This document shows, piece after piece, positions 1 through 12,700 of a stretch of 64,000 nt of DNA (its first letter is position 1; every line of letters starts with the position of its first letter). The position numbers and the translations under genes are program-made. The stretch lies in assembly GCA_013265495.1 (NCBI GenBank), contig MU060486.1:434001-498000 (forward strand). The letters are read 5' to 3'. This stretch comes from Vicugna vicugna (lineage: Eukaryota). The notes under the pieces were generated by a model. It had not been told where the DNA came from. It did no database searches and saw only the letters and a program-made list of their open reading frames with translations.

Positions 1-142
1 GGTCACCCTCTCGCTTGGTCCTGTTTATGGCTCCAGACGGTGGACACTGTTTCCCCACGACTGCTTTCCTCCCGCACGTGGCCGCAGACGGTCACGAGCA
101 CTCTGCGCAACACTTGAGTGAATGTGACCTCACCACGGGCAA

Positions 143-565
143 TGTGATAGTCAGCGTCGTGTGTCGACCTGGCTGGGGCACAGGGTGCAGACAGGAGCCG
201 GACATGGTTCTGCAGAACATCTGATGATTCCGTGAGGTGTCTGGGATGAGAGTAACATTAAAATCGGTGGACTTAGAGCAAAGCACATTGTCCTCCACAA
301 TGTGGGTGGGCCACGTCCGATCACTTGAAGGCCTGGCTAGAACAAAAGCCTGACTGCCCCTGGGCAAAGGAATTCTGCAGCAGACAGACTTGGACCTGAG
401 CTGCAACATTGCCCCCTGGGCCTCCAGCCTGCCACCCCACCCTGAAGCTGTTGGACTTTCCAGCCTCCTCCATCACATGAGCCAATTCCTTAAAACAAAC
501 GTCTCCCCCTCTGTGTATACACACCTGGTTGGTCCTGTTTCTCAGGAGAGCTCTGACTAACACCA
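143..565 (+). mobile_element. MLT2-type (ERVL) solo LTR, MLT2C/D-like
   Basis: Starts TGTGATAGTCAG..., has diagnostic words (aatgtgggtgggcc, ttgaaggcct, gagccaattccttaaaa) and ends ...ctgactaacacca. Family from recalled consensus. Confidence 0.75.
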
Positions 566-680
566 GTGAGAATTACTCCCGTTTTACAGACAAAGAAGTT
601 GAGGCTCAGGTTGAATTGCATATTCCTTGTCGGTTAAAAGACTCAAATTCAGGTCTTCCCGGCTTCAAATCTCCCAGGCT
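566..680 (-). mobile_element. MIR SINE fragment
   Basis: tactcccgttttacagacaaagaagttgaggctcag resembles the MIR core attatccccattttacagatgaggaaactgaggctcag. Confidence 0.55.
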
Positions 681-3600
681 CCTGTAAATGCCTGCTACCT
701 CTGTCCCTTTTGGCTCTGAAGTTTTCAACGGTTTTTCACCTCTTTTGACATCACATCAAAATATAACTTCTCCTTAACGTTGAGGTTCTTCACGACATAA
801 CTTTGTTTTCGCCTTTCTGGTCAGGTAGTTTGCCTCGGCCTCTCGGGCACCTGGGCAGTTCCTGGGGAGGCAGCAGAGTTTACACCCTCAACTGAAGAGA
901 AACAGGTCATCCAGCAGGTTAAAGGGATAATGAGAAGTTAAGGATATAAATCTGCTTTGCAAATAGATGAAAGGAAGATGCCTCTTGGACTAAACAGGAG
1001 TTTGACTATCAGATCCCACGCCAGTGGTCTTGTAACCGACGGAGAGTAAAGGGCTGGCTGTTGACTGGAGCCAGACGACGCCCGGGGGCCGGTCGTGTCC
1101 AGGAGGCTGTGCGGTCCTCAGCTGACCCACTGAGCTGGTGCCCGCTAGCTCGCCTGGCTCTTTACAGTTAAATGAACTGATGAAATAGAACTATCGCCTC
1201 AGCCCCCGTGGCTGCTCGGAGGCCACACCTGGCTGGCGAGTGGTCGCCACACCGACCACGTCTTGTTGACTGTCTCCGCCACCGCAGAAGGCCCTCTCGG
1301 GCAGCACTGAAGTGGAGGGGCCAGTTCCAGGTACAAACCTCACTGCGCCTGCCACACAGCTGGTTAGTGACCGAGAGAAGGCCAAGTTCACACGAGGCCT
1401 CCAGGACAGAGAGCGTAGGCCCTCCCATCAGGAGGATGAGGGAGGAATCCCTGTGACTGAATCTGGGGACTGCGATGCCTGTGGGCCAGAGGGAGCGGTC
1501 CCTCCGTCAGCTTGGGGGTGAAGAGCCGGGCATGTGGATGGTGCCGGGGCTGCGTGCAGAGATGGTCCCACCTGCATCCGTACCCGGGGGCCTGCCCTGG
1601 GGGGGCCTCAGCCAGAAGCTACTTCAGGCTGGAGCCCTGGGGAAGCCTTTGCTCCCAGCTGCCAGGTGGTTTCAACAAATGCGTTAAATACACTTGATAA
1701 AACTTTATAGATCAAATGAAAAGATGGAATATTAGAAAGACTGCGATCTGTACGGCAATTTACACTCTTCATTAGCGTGAGCTGCTGTCGTACAAACGAG
1801 CTACACCCCGACACAGAAAACTCACTCAGCGGGGCGTTCATAGGCCTGATGTGATTGTAAAGTACAGGAATCTCAAACCACGAGGGCACGTGGAAGTGCC
1901 GTCCCTGAGCAGGGTCGCCCCACCTGCAGACGCTGGAGGAGAGCCCTGGCTGCTGCTCCCGTTTCTCCCCAGCTGCTTTCCTCCCACAGCTCAGGAATTC
2001 CCCTTGAACAGTTCCAGCCTCGTGTCAACAGACCTAAGGCAAAAAGGTAAGTGTTCACCCTCCAGGGACAGCGCAGAGGCCAGATCCGCACCGGGAGGCG
2101 GGAGGCGGGGGGCGGGGGCACAGCGGAGCAGACTGAGCCCCGAGGTGACACCTGGGGATCCCCGCCTGCCTGGGGCTCCTGCCAGGAGAACAGCTCCAGG
2201 GCTGACCCCCGAGGCAGGCGAAATCCTGAGACAAAAGCCTTTGTCTTGGCACCTCCTTCCCCTGCCTGTTTTTCCTTTGTCCCCTGTTCTGATCAAATGG
2301 GTGAGTGGTAATCCTGCTGTTACCCTCCTCCCAGTTTGCATATTAATAACAACATTCACAGGTTTAACAAGAAGCTTCCAGAGACAGTGCTGAGCCAGAG
2401 GCAGGGAGCAGACACCTGAGTCCAGCCGGGGTGACCAGCTGGGGAGCGGTGGCCCCTCACCCACACGGCTGAGGCCTCTTATTGGGAACTTTGTCCTGTG
2501 TGACCCCCCGTCCTCTGCACACAGCCTGGAACTGGGCTCCCAAGGGTGCCATCGGATGAGAGATTTGCCAATGCGCCCAAGACTCAGCCGATCTGAAGTG
2601 CAGGTGGCCGGCAAGGAGACACTGGGATCAGGTTAGAGGTCACCAGTGGGGTGGTCTGCTGCTGGGCCTAAGCGGGTTTGTGCAAGAGGCAGGCTGGGGT
2701 TCCGGGAATCCGAGTTGGAGGAGGACAGTGAGGAATCAGGTCCAGACAGAGCAGGGGCTGCGGGAAGCGGGTCCTGTGGTGCTTCCATAGGGACAGCTGG
2801 CCCTCGAGGGCAGAGTCAGGGGGCAGGGCAGACTCAGTCAGCCCTGGGCTGGCGGGTGAGGGGCCCTGGGGCAGGTGGGGCCCGAAGGAGCCCCGGTGGG
2901 CCATCGGCTCCAGGAGTCAGCCACGGGGAGACTGCCAGGGTCTGGGTGGCTGGGGCTGGGCTGGCAGAGCAAGAGTAAGTGAGGGTCAGTCTGGGGCAGG
3001 GGCAGCAGCACTCTCGTGGGCTGAGGCCGAAACCCGTTCACACCCCCCCGCCGGGGGACACGCAGGGGCCAGGCTTTCCCCCAGGGACGCAGGGGCCGAG
3101 GCTGCTTTGCCCCACGAGTTCCAGAGCCCACGCTCCCTGGCATGGGGCCGGCAGGGAGCTTCGCGTCTTTCGGCTCCCAGCACAGAGTCCAGTCGCGGTC
3201 TGATCCATGTCTCTTGAGCTCCCGCTATGCTCTGGGAACTCAGGGGAAGGTGACACGATGATCCTGTCCTCACGAGAGTAGAGAGAAAATAATGAAGCTG
3301 GACGCGGTGGACACGGCCACTTCTTGGGATTCCTGGGAGCACAGCGGACGCGTCAGGGAGGAGGGACCACCTTGGACAGGGAGGCGACACCTGAAGGAAC
3401 CGGCCATGCGGCCACCTGGGCCATTTTTGTCACAGTCTGAAAAAGGGCTATTTACCTGACATTTCATTTGTTTACAAACACAGCGGTAACAAAGTCCAAA
3501 AATACACATGTGTATCTTGCATTCACGCTCAATCATGACGCAGTTGGACAGTGGGCGTTTTTTTAACCCCCACCATCACCACCATCAGGTCTAGCTGAAG

Positions 3601-3972
3601 TGACCGAGCACGGGGGCAGGCGGGGGAGGGAGACGGCTCAGCAGAGAGATGGTGAGGACAAAGTTCCTAGGCAGCAGCGAGCTGGCCGTGTCTGAGGAGG
3701 GGAAGGAGGCCAGCGTGACTGTGGCTCTGGCGAGGGAGCTGCATGGTGGGGGCGGTTATGGGCAAAGAGGCTGGTGCATATCAGTCCAGAGTTTCCTAAA
3801 GGAGCACTGTTGGCACTGGGGGAGCAGCATGGGTTACAGGCGGCAGTTAGCATCTCTGGCCCTGGCCCACTGACTGTCCGTAGTGCGTCACCTCCCGGGT
3901 CTTTCTGACAACCCAGAACCTCCAGTGCCCTTCCATTCCCACACCCTGCCTCAGGAGCCACTGGAAGGTAAG

Positions 3973-4445
3973 TGTACCAGTCAGGCTTCCCCAGAGAAAC
4001 AGCACTGGCAGGCGTGTATAAAGGAAGAGGTTTGCTGTAAGGAATTGGCTCGTGCAAGTACGGAGGCGGACAAGTCCCCGGATCAGCAGTCAGCAAGCTG
4101 GAGTCCCAGGGGAGCCGACATGTGAGTCCCAGTGAAGGATGGCAGGTTCAGGGCCTGGAAAGTGCAGATGTTTAGTTCAAGTTCAAAGGGAAAGACCACT
4201 GTCCCAGCTCAAGGCTGCCGTTAGGAGGCGTCCCCTCTTACCAAAAGGCACAGCCCTTTTGTTCTATTGAGACCTTCAGCTGATTGCATGAGCCCACCCA
4301 CCTGGTGGAGGGCCACCTGCTTACTCAGTCTGCAGATTCAGATGTTAGTCTCATCCCCAAACCTCATGGACACGCCCAGAAAAGTGGTGTCCAAATACTG
4401 GGCACCCTGTGGCCAAGCCAGTCGACACAAAATGTGAGCATTAGA
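3973..4445 (-). mobile_element. MLT2-type (ERVL) solo LTR
   Basis: tgtaccagtcaggcttccccagagaaacag...taaggaattggctc...ccttcagctgattg.atgagcccacccac...cagatgttagtctcatc...tgggcaccctgtggcc: the reverse complement of the same LTR type as 143-565. Confidence 0.8.
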
Positions 4446-6844
4446 ATCGTGGAGGGCCCTGCTGCTCCCCCTGCGCCGGGGCCCGAGTGGAGCTGCGCTT
4501 GCTGGGGTGAATCACGAGTGACTCCAGCAGAGGCCGCCTGGGGAAAGCAGGAGGTGACCGTCCCGAGGCATTAAAGGTGCTCCAGCACACCTCGTGGTGA
4601 TCAGATGGGAAGAAGAGCTGTAACAACCGCTTTTACCAGCAAACCCACGGACGTGATCTCATTTCCCTCCCAGGCCCTGGAAGCTGCATTACTGTTGCTG
4701 TTTCACAGGCGAGAGGACAGCCTCAGGCGGGGGTTTGGCAAGCGCGCACACACAGCCGTGCTGCAGCCAGGGCTGGGCTGGCGCAGGTCTCCCGCGGCCG
4801 GTGGGCGCTCAGGGTGAGGGTGCGGCTGCGGGGGGCCACACGTGGGGAAGGCTGCAGAGGGCGAGGGACAGGCGTGCGGACACTGCGGGCAGGAGGACGT
4901 CTTCAAGGACGCGGAGGCTGCCGAGCTTCGGAGAAGTAGCAGAGCTGTCAGTGCCAGGGAGAGCCTGCTGGCGGTGGCAGCTGGGGTCAGGGTGACTCGG
5001 GGAGCAGAGACCAGACAGTGTGTGAGGAGCAGCCAAACCTGTCACCTGGAGCCTCGGAGGAGGCGGTCAGGGAGACAGAAGACGGAGTGGGGGGACACGG
5101 GCAGCGCTGTCTCGGCAGCCCTTCCCTGGGGATCCGCCACGGGGCCGTGCATGGAGAAATAGGGCAAGCTCAGGCCGCGCGGGCTCCCCAGCTTCTTTCA
5201 TGAGTCACTTCATGTTGGATCCTGGGTGTCGACCCTGCCTGGCACCCACGGCATCTGATGCCTGCTTGCTGGGGGTGGGGGAGGGTTCACCGGGCAGTGG
5301 AGCAAAGAGGAGGGAGGGGTCGTCCCCGGGGCTCACTGCGTGGGGAAGGGGGCGGCTCACCACAGGCCTGCCCCGCCCGGGGACCTCAGCCAGCCATCCC
5401 AAGGGCAGGACTGTCTGTGTCTGGGAGCAGGTTCCTGGTCACAGCTGAAAGGAGCCACCCACAGCATAGGTGGGGAGGCAGGGGCCAGGGTGCAGACAGG
5501 CTGGTCACGTGCAGAACAGAAGGAAGAAAACCTGGAAATCTGGAGAATGGTGGACTTTTCTCCCTGCAGAGGCCTCAGGGCGGCCTGGGTGGTGGGGACA
5601 CCGGCTGGGTCAGGCAGCCTGGAGTGAGGCTGGGTGGGACTCGGACCTGTGTGCCCTGCAGCATGGACCGCGGGGCTCGCTGGCGGCTGGCTCCTCCCTC
5701 TGCGCGTGGCCCTGGCTGCCGCACCCCCCACCTTTCTGAGCCCTGCTCGCAAGCGCGTACGTGAGCCCCCTTGTCTCCCCCACAGTGTCCATCTCCCCAG
5801 GCCCAGTTTTCCCGTTACAAAGCGTTAACAGAGCCGCAGTTGGATTGCGACCTGCTGCAGCCCCTCTGGGGAGTTTCTGACCAAGAAGCTGCACAGAGAC
5901 GTCCAGGATTTTCTCCTCCATGGACCCCAGTCACCACTTCCTCTTCCCACCTCTAGAGGGGAAAGCGCGGCTCAGACAGGGACAGCCCAGACGTCTGCCT
6001 GGGCCAGGCTTCGGTCAGTCAGCGGACTGGGTTTTCTGAATCTCAGGGGTTGGGAGGCCCAGGGGCTCCCGGGGCCCACGGTCTATCCCACTGGGGAACG
6101 GTCCCCGGGTGCCGAGGCAGGAACGGCCCCTGCTCTGCGGTGAGGAGAGCGGTTCCTGTCCCGGTTTTCCCTCCTAGACTGGTGACTGGCAGACCTGACG
6201 CATCCCTTCCTTCCTCAGTCTGCCCCCAAAGTGCGGCAGGTGGGGCGGTAGCGGGGCCCCCAAACGGGGGCCCTGGGCAGGCTGAGCAGGTGGGTGTGGG
6301 GGACACAGGCCACCCTCACCTGTGACAAACCTGGGGGCCGGGGGGCCACTTTGAGGCCCCCCTGAAGTGCTGAGGTGTATCCACGTGAGGCCCCCCAGCT
6401 GGCGCGGGGTCCTCTGAGCCTTGAGGAGGACACAAAGGAACCTGGAAACCCAGCTGAACATCCCATTTGAGGCTCCTCTTGGCTTTAGATGCAGATCTGC
6501 AGAGGGGGGTCCAGGTGCGACTGCCGTCCTGATGGAATCTGTCGAGGTTCCTTTTCTGACCCCAGCCCTCACACGGGGCTCGAGGCCGCTGTGACTGATG
6601 GAAGGCTCCCTCGGAGAGGGGAGAGAGGACCCCAGACCCCTTGCACAAATCACGTCCCCATCAGTGGAAAAGAGCACTTGCCCGCCGCCTTCACAGGCTC
6701 CAGCGAGAGAAGCGAACGCGCCTCCGAGCGTCTCAGAAGCGCTGCCAGGGGTGCCGGCCTCTGCCCTGCTGCACGCACCTGCGCCTGCAGCCTCCTCTCC
6801 CGCTGACTGCATCAGCCCGCTCACCCATCAACTGCTTCTCCTCT

Positions 6845-7633
6845 TAAAAATTAATCGGTTATTCTGTGGAGGCATCACTGGCACGTAACGTTGTACTGGT
6901 TTCAGGGCACAGCCTAGTGGATTGATACTTGGCTACTTTGCAAAGTGATCAGTGCTGGAAGGGTGCTTCGCGTTTCACCGCACGTCTCTACAAAGAAGCT
7001 TTCTTCTTGTGACGGGAACTTCGAAGATTTACTCTCAGCCCCTTTCGGATGTGCAGCGCAGGGCCGTGCTGAACCTCACATCCCCAGGACTTGCTTGTTT
7101 TGTAGCTGGAACCTTGCGCCCTGGAGCCTCTCTGCCCTGCGCCGCCCCTGGCAACCACCAGCCCTCTTCCGCGTGTGTGAGCTGCTTGTTTCTGGAGTCT
7201 ACAGTAAGTGCCCTCATGCGGCACTGTCTTCGTCTGCCTTACTTCATCTAGCACAGCGACCCGGAGGACCGTCCACGTTGCTGCGAACGGCAACATTTCT
7301 GTCTTCTCATGGCTGCATGGTATTATCCCGTCGTGCATGCCCCTCACCTTCTGTATCCACCCACAGGTGGACCCTCGGGGTGCTTCCATGTCTTGGCTCT
7401 TGCAAATAAAGCTGCAATAAACATGGGAATGCAGATGCGTTTTTGAAGGAGTGTTTCTGTTTCCTTTGGGTAAATTCTCAGAAGTGGAGCTGCTGAATCG
7501 TACAGCAACTTTATTTTCAAATTTCTGAGAAACCTCCATACTGTTTTCCACAGTGGCTGCACCAAGTTCCGAGCACACAAACAGTGCACGAGGGTCCGTT
7601 CTCCACGTCCTCGCCCACACGTTTTTCTTGATA
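6845..7633 (-). mobile_element. LINE-1 3' fragment (ORF2 C-terminus plus 3'UTR), laurasiatherian L1MA9-like
   Basis: Minus-strand ORF reads LVQPLWKTVWRFLRNLKIKLLYDSAAPLLRIYPKETETLLQKRICIPMFIAALFARAKTWKHP, the L1 ORF2 C-terminal motif, followed by a recognisable L1 3'UTR. Confidence 0.9.
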
Positions 7634-7729
7634 AGCCCCTTTCGGTGATAAGGGTGAAGGAACCGTGGGCAGAAATAGCAGGGCCTCTTAACCTAGATTC
7701 CACAGGATGGACATGAGGCACTTCCCCAA

Positions 7730-7815
7730 AATGGGGAAGGAAGAGCTTCTTAATAGCAAACCGACGGGGAAAAAACTTAAGAGTATATTGTTTGATTTAA
7801 CCTGCATAAAAAATG
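7730..7815 (+). mobile_element. Possible old L1M ORF2 fragment
   Basis: A-rich ggggaaggaagagcttcttaatagc...tgatttaacctgcataaaaaa resembles the L1 ORF2 region (gggaaagatttcttaaac...ttgactacataaaaatt). Confidence 0.3.
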
Positions 7816-9511
7816 GGCCTCTCCAACTTGCTTTTTTTGATTAAATATAACAAACATTTTTTCCTTGTCAATAAAAAAAAACCCTTTGTTATCAGTTAAA
7901 AAAAACCAAACAAACCAATGGGGTATTATCAGAGCGTAGGCCCCGGTTCCTTTTCCCATGAAAAAGTCCCAGACAGGACCCCCCGAGATGCTCCCCGTCC
8001 TGCCTGACATCTGTCTGCTGGTCAGGAACACCCTTGTTGCTGAGGGGAGCCAGTGCCCACCTCCGCCACACCTGGCCTCCCACCGAGAGGACTTACCTGC
8101 CGGCCGAGTCTGAGGGGCCCGGGGGCTGGACTGGGAACAGTGGGAGGTGGGTGGAGGTCCCGATGGGACGCAGGGTGTCACCCTCGTTTGGACGGGCGCA
8201 GCTCTGTGCCGCTCTGCACTCGTGGGATGCTCACGGGGTCTGAGGTGCTGGGAAGCGGCCGCCGGTGGCTGGGGACCAAAGCTGTTCTACAAAGGATTAA
8301 TCCAGGTCACCACCCAGCAGGGTGTTCATGGCCACTTCCCCAGATTCTAATGTTCTGTGTTTATTTTCTAACTGGATGTTTATTACTCTCTGCTCCGTCC
8401 TTTCTATGGTAAAGAGGGGCTGGGAGCTCGGAGCTCTGATGCCCTCGGAAACACCCAGTAAGAAGCCTCCGGGACAGCCCTCCGGTCCACTTCATTCCCT
8501 GCCCTGTCCCAGCAAGTCCCAAGTAGAGGAGGTGTGACTGCCTCTCGTCCTCCGACGTGACGTCCCAGGACCCAGACACTCTTCCCTTTTGTATGGTTTC
8601 CTTCTGAGCGGCACCTCCTTCAGTCTGCACAGCAGGGAAATTAAACCGGTAGACAGGAGATTGCCCCAAAACCCCAGCTGTTTTCTGTGCCTCCGGTTGA
8701 CACAGACTGTGAGAAGCAGCCTTCCAGGAGCGGGAAGTGGCTGGTTCCCAGCTCCTGGCGGGTGACCAGGGAGGCTGCAGGCCCTCCAGTGCCTCCACCC
8801 TAAGGCCACTTTGTTCTGCCCTTGCCACCAGCCTTTACTGACTGTCTGCTGAGTGCACTGCGCTGGGTCTGGAACCTTTTGTTGGGGTGGGGCAGAAAGG
8901 GTTGGCTGTCTCTGCCCCCTCCTTTGGGCAGCTCCACCGTGATGACATGGGAAGTCCCCACAAGTCTAGGCCAGCATTCTGCTACTAGGGCCATGAGCCG
9001 AGCCGTAAAGCCGGCTCCGAAACTCTGGAAAGAACCCAAAATGCCCGTTAGAGGACTGTTATTACGTTGGTGCCTGTTGTAACGATGTAAGTCTGAGGTC
9101 TTAATAAAATCCAACATTTTCCAATTAGCTGTTGCTTAATTAGCATCATGAATATTCAGAACCTCACGCCCTGTCGCAGCCTCTCCCCTCCCCCCCAAGT
9201 CTCCCCCAGCCCAGCCTGCTCCATCAGACTGGACTCGTGACCTCTGGGGATGGGAGGTGGCAGCCGCAGAGCTCAGAGCCCCTGGCCCCCGGCAAAACCG
9301 GGAGCAGGCAGGACTTTTGGGGTCCCGGCGCTCCCAGGGCCGAGGGTTCAGGCTACCAGATCTCCTCACTTGGGAAAATGCAAAACAATTGTTTCCTTAC
9401 TTGCCATGAAGCCTATGAAGACGGTCACTTCTGGAAAAGATCATCCTGTGCACTAGAATGCGTGGGCCCTGAAGCACAGGCTGTTGGAGCAATTGGAGGC
9501 CTGGCTGCTCC

Positions 9512-9715
9512 NNNNNNNNNNNNNNNNNNNNNNNNNNNNNNNNNNNNNNNNNNNNNNNNNNNNNNNNNNNNNNNNNNNNNNNNNNNNNNNNNNNNNNNNN
9601 NNNNNNNNNNNNNNNNNNNNNNNNNNNNNNNNNNNNNNNNNNNNNNNNNNNNNNNNNNNNNNNNNNNNNNNNNNNNNNNNNNNNNNNNNNNNNNNNNNNN
9701 NNNNNNNNNNNNNNN
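9512..9715. other. Assembly gap (204 N)
   Basis: Run of n from 9512 to 9715. Confidence 1.
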
Positions 9716-12700
9716 CCCTCCCATCCTCCCTTTCTCCCTTCTTCTCCCCCTTTTTAAAAATTAGCCCCCGAGCCCCCTGGAACCTCAGTGTGAATACCAG
9801 ACACAAACGGCCCAGCCCTGGTGACCGTGTGGTCCCGGGTGGGTGCGTTCTGACTTCTCCCCCGCCCTCCGGTCAGATCACCTCTGGGGTACCTTCTGGA
9901 ATCTAAGGAGCACAGTGGGCAAACATTGATTTTTAGTCTTTCAAATTTGTTTCTGCAAAGAAAATGGAGGGCCGTGGAGGAGAGTTCTGTTGCCCAAGAT
10001 CAAACAGGCCGTCGGAACCGAAGGAGGGACGGGGACTTGGCCTGGCAGCCACCTCGTCCACCATGCCTCCTAGGCCACTCAGCTTGGGTACCAGACAAGA
10101 GCGAGGGCATGGCCTCCCACTCCGATGGCCCCCTGTTAGAAAGAGGACCACAGGCCACGTCACCAGATCGGGGCTTAACACCTCAGTCAGCTTCAACCTT
10201 TCCAAGGAGTGGAATCTTGAACTAGTGGGTCTGGAAGGAGCTGGTGGGCACTAGGGAGGTGGTCTTGCCGGAGAGACCCCTGCCGCCCCGGCCGCTGCAG
10301 GAAGGTGACCTTGCCACAGACAATCTGCTTTTTGCAGGAACAACTTCCTTGTCCCACCCCCTCAGCCTAGAAAAACGCTTCATTTTGGGCGGCTCCTCGG
10401 AGCTCCGGTCTCTCTGCAGAAGGAGCGCAGCTGGCTCACGAGTTGCTGAATGGACAGCGACCCAGCGGGGTTCTGTCTTGACCACCCCTAACTGCACTAG
10501 CACTGTCTCCTTCCCCAGACCGCTGTGTGTGGGGGGAGGGGAGGAAAACCCTGCCGGGTCCTGGGTCCTCGGCCCCCAAGCCCCGCCCAGCAGCCTCTCG
10601 TGAGGAGGCCCGTGCGTGCGTGCGTGCTGCAGTGGCTGTAACTTGGGCTGAGCCTAGAGCTAATTTCCCAGGGGTGCATGCAGCTTCTTAATGTTGGCTG
10701 TCACCGGGATGTAAAATTGTGCTCCACCAGCCGCCCAGCTGACTTTATTCAGATACATCTAATGTGACAATTTTGTCAAAGCTCGTTTCAGAGAGCTGTT
10801 TTGACTGGGTGTTAACGCAGCCTTCCTAATCAGCCAGCCGCCACATCTGACCCCCACTCTAGGAGTGAGAGGGGAGGATTTCTCCGCAGGTAAAGATCTC
10901 CGTCCCCGGGGGTGACCCCTCGGTGGCAGAGGCAGATAGGACAGTGGGCTGAGCCCCAGATCACCTGGGTCCTGCCCTCCCTGGAGATCGGCAGCCTGTG
11001 GGCTCAGGAAGAGCCGGCTGACAGCTGAGCGGCGCAGGTGGAACAGCCCAGGGCTGGAGTCTGCTAATGAGGGTGCTGGGGGCCTTGGATGTGCTGTGAG
11101 AAGCCGCAGCCCAGAGCTGGGTCAGGAGTGAATCAGCTGGAGCCAGCATCTTCCCCGGCCGGGGCCTCCCAACTGCGCCAGGGCTGACAGACACACTTAG
11201 AGCCCCAGACGGCTCCCGGTGTGGCCATGTCCCCACCTCCCCATGCACCTGAGCTCTGGTTTCCTCACCCGCAAACCTGCGAGGCTGGAACACGATACTG
11301 CAGTGTATGGGCAGGAGACCCAGGAAGGCCGTGGCTCCTGGGCGGGCCTGGATCCGAGCCGGACGCCTCCGTCTGTGTGGACGTGGCTACGTCTCCTCTG
11401 CCTCCCCCGCTCGGTGGACGTCGTCTCTAACACCCGCCTGGCTCTCAAGCTCTCTGCGTAAGAGTGGGGGACTTGTCCTTTGCACTGGGTCCCACTGCAG
11501 AGTCCTGGGCAGCCGACTTAGCAGGAGGCGCTCAGCCGGGACTTTAATCTTCTGTAATTTGAACCAAGTTCTCTGACCAGTGGATCTCGTCTTCTGAGGG
11601 AAGCTGACCGTGAAGGGACCAGTGAGGACTCCGGAGCACCTGCCGCCTGCAGGCCCTCCCTGCAGCTCGTGCCTGCGTCACATCCGAGCTGAGGCCCCTG
11701 GGCCTGCGCCTCGTCCACTCACACTGCGAGGATGTGACGGAGCTCAGGCTGGGGCCACCGTCCAGCACCAGGTCCGGGCTTGTCCACTGCACCATCGCCA
11801 AAGTGAAGGCACCGGTTCAACAGCCCCCACGGCTCTGGCTCCGAAAACCGGCAGCTGCTGTGTGTGCAGGGTCCCGGGAAGCATGTGTATGTGTGTGGGG
11901 GTCTCCCTGCTGCCCTGGGCCGGCTTGCTGCGGGGTCAGAGGCTGGCACTCTCCTTGCCCGGATGTGGGACGTCCCACGTCGTCTGCGTCTCAAAGGGTC
12001 TCCTCTTCTCTCCAGGCTGCTGGTTATTGATGTTTATTTTTAACTTGCGTGTGATTAAGATGAATCAGAGCCCTTTCAGCTGCAGATGGTCCTAACGGGG
12101 GCGTGGGGGTTTTGGCCTGGTCCGCTTGGGGCTCCTCTCTGTCCCCGTCCGGGTGAACCGACTCTGGCCACTTCTGATGCCCTGTCCTGTTCCTGGGCCC
12201 CCCGGCAGGGCCACACGAGATTCTTTGATCCCGTCTGAACGCCCGGGTACCCTCTCTCCCCTTCCTCTGCGCCCCTGGGTACATCCATGCTGCTGCGGGC
12301 GCTGTGTCTTCACAAAGCAACAGTTAAAAATAAAACTCAGTAACCGCCAGATTATCAAGGGAGGATTAATTCAACTTTTGTAAATGCTAATGAGATCTGG
12401 AACCCTAGCCAGCGGTGCCCCTTCTGCCCGGCTCTGGGAGGGCTTAACGAGGCTCGCTGAGGTGGGGGGGCTGCCAGATTCTCACCCCTGTGGCCTGAGC
12501 CTGAAAGGCCGGTGCCCCCAGGATTTGGACTGCGTCTGACCCCTGGCATCTCCCTGCTGACGCGCTGGCTCAGGGCCCTGCTGGCAGTGTGACCAGAATG
12601 CCGCTTCCCTGGGAGCAGAATGGTCTCTTGGGTTAGGACCCGAGAGTCCGGACTGGGGGCTGTGTGGAAGGCTGAGTGCAGCCGCAGTGGGGCCGGGGAG

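Noticed and set aside
2093-2118. Canonical G-quadruplex motif (also e.g. 42961-42984)
   Set aside because: Such motifs are common throughout this G-rich window and nothing singles these out.
7344-7721. ORF with L1 ORF2 similarity as an active retrotransposon gene
   Set aside because: Only the degenerate C-terminal ~80 codons are present; no endonuclease or RT domain.
9237-9906. ORFs containing X runs
   Set aside because: They span the N gap.
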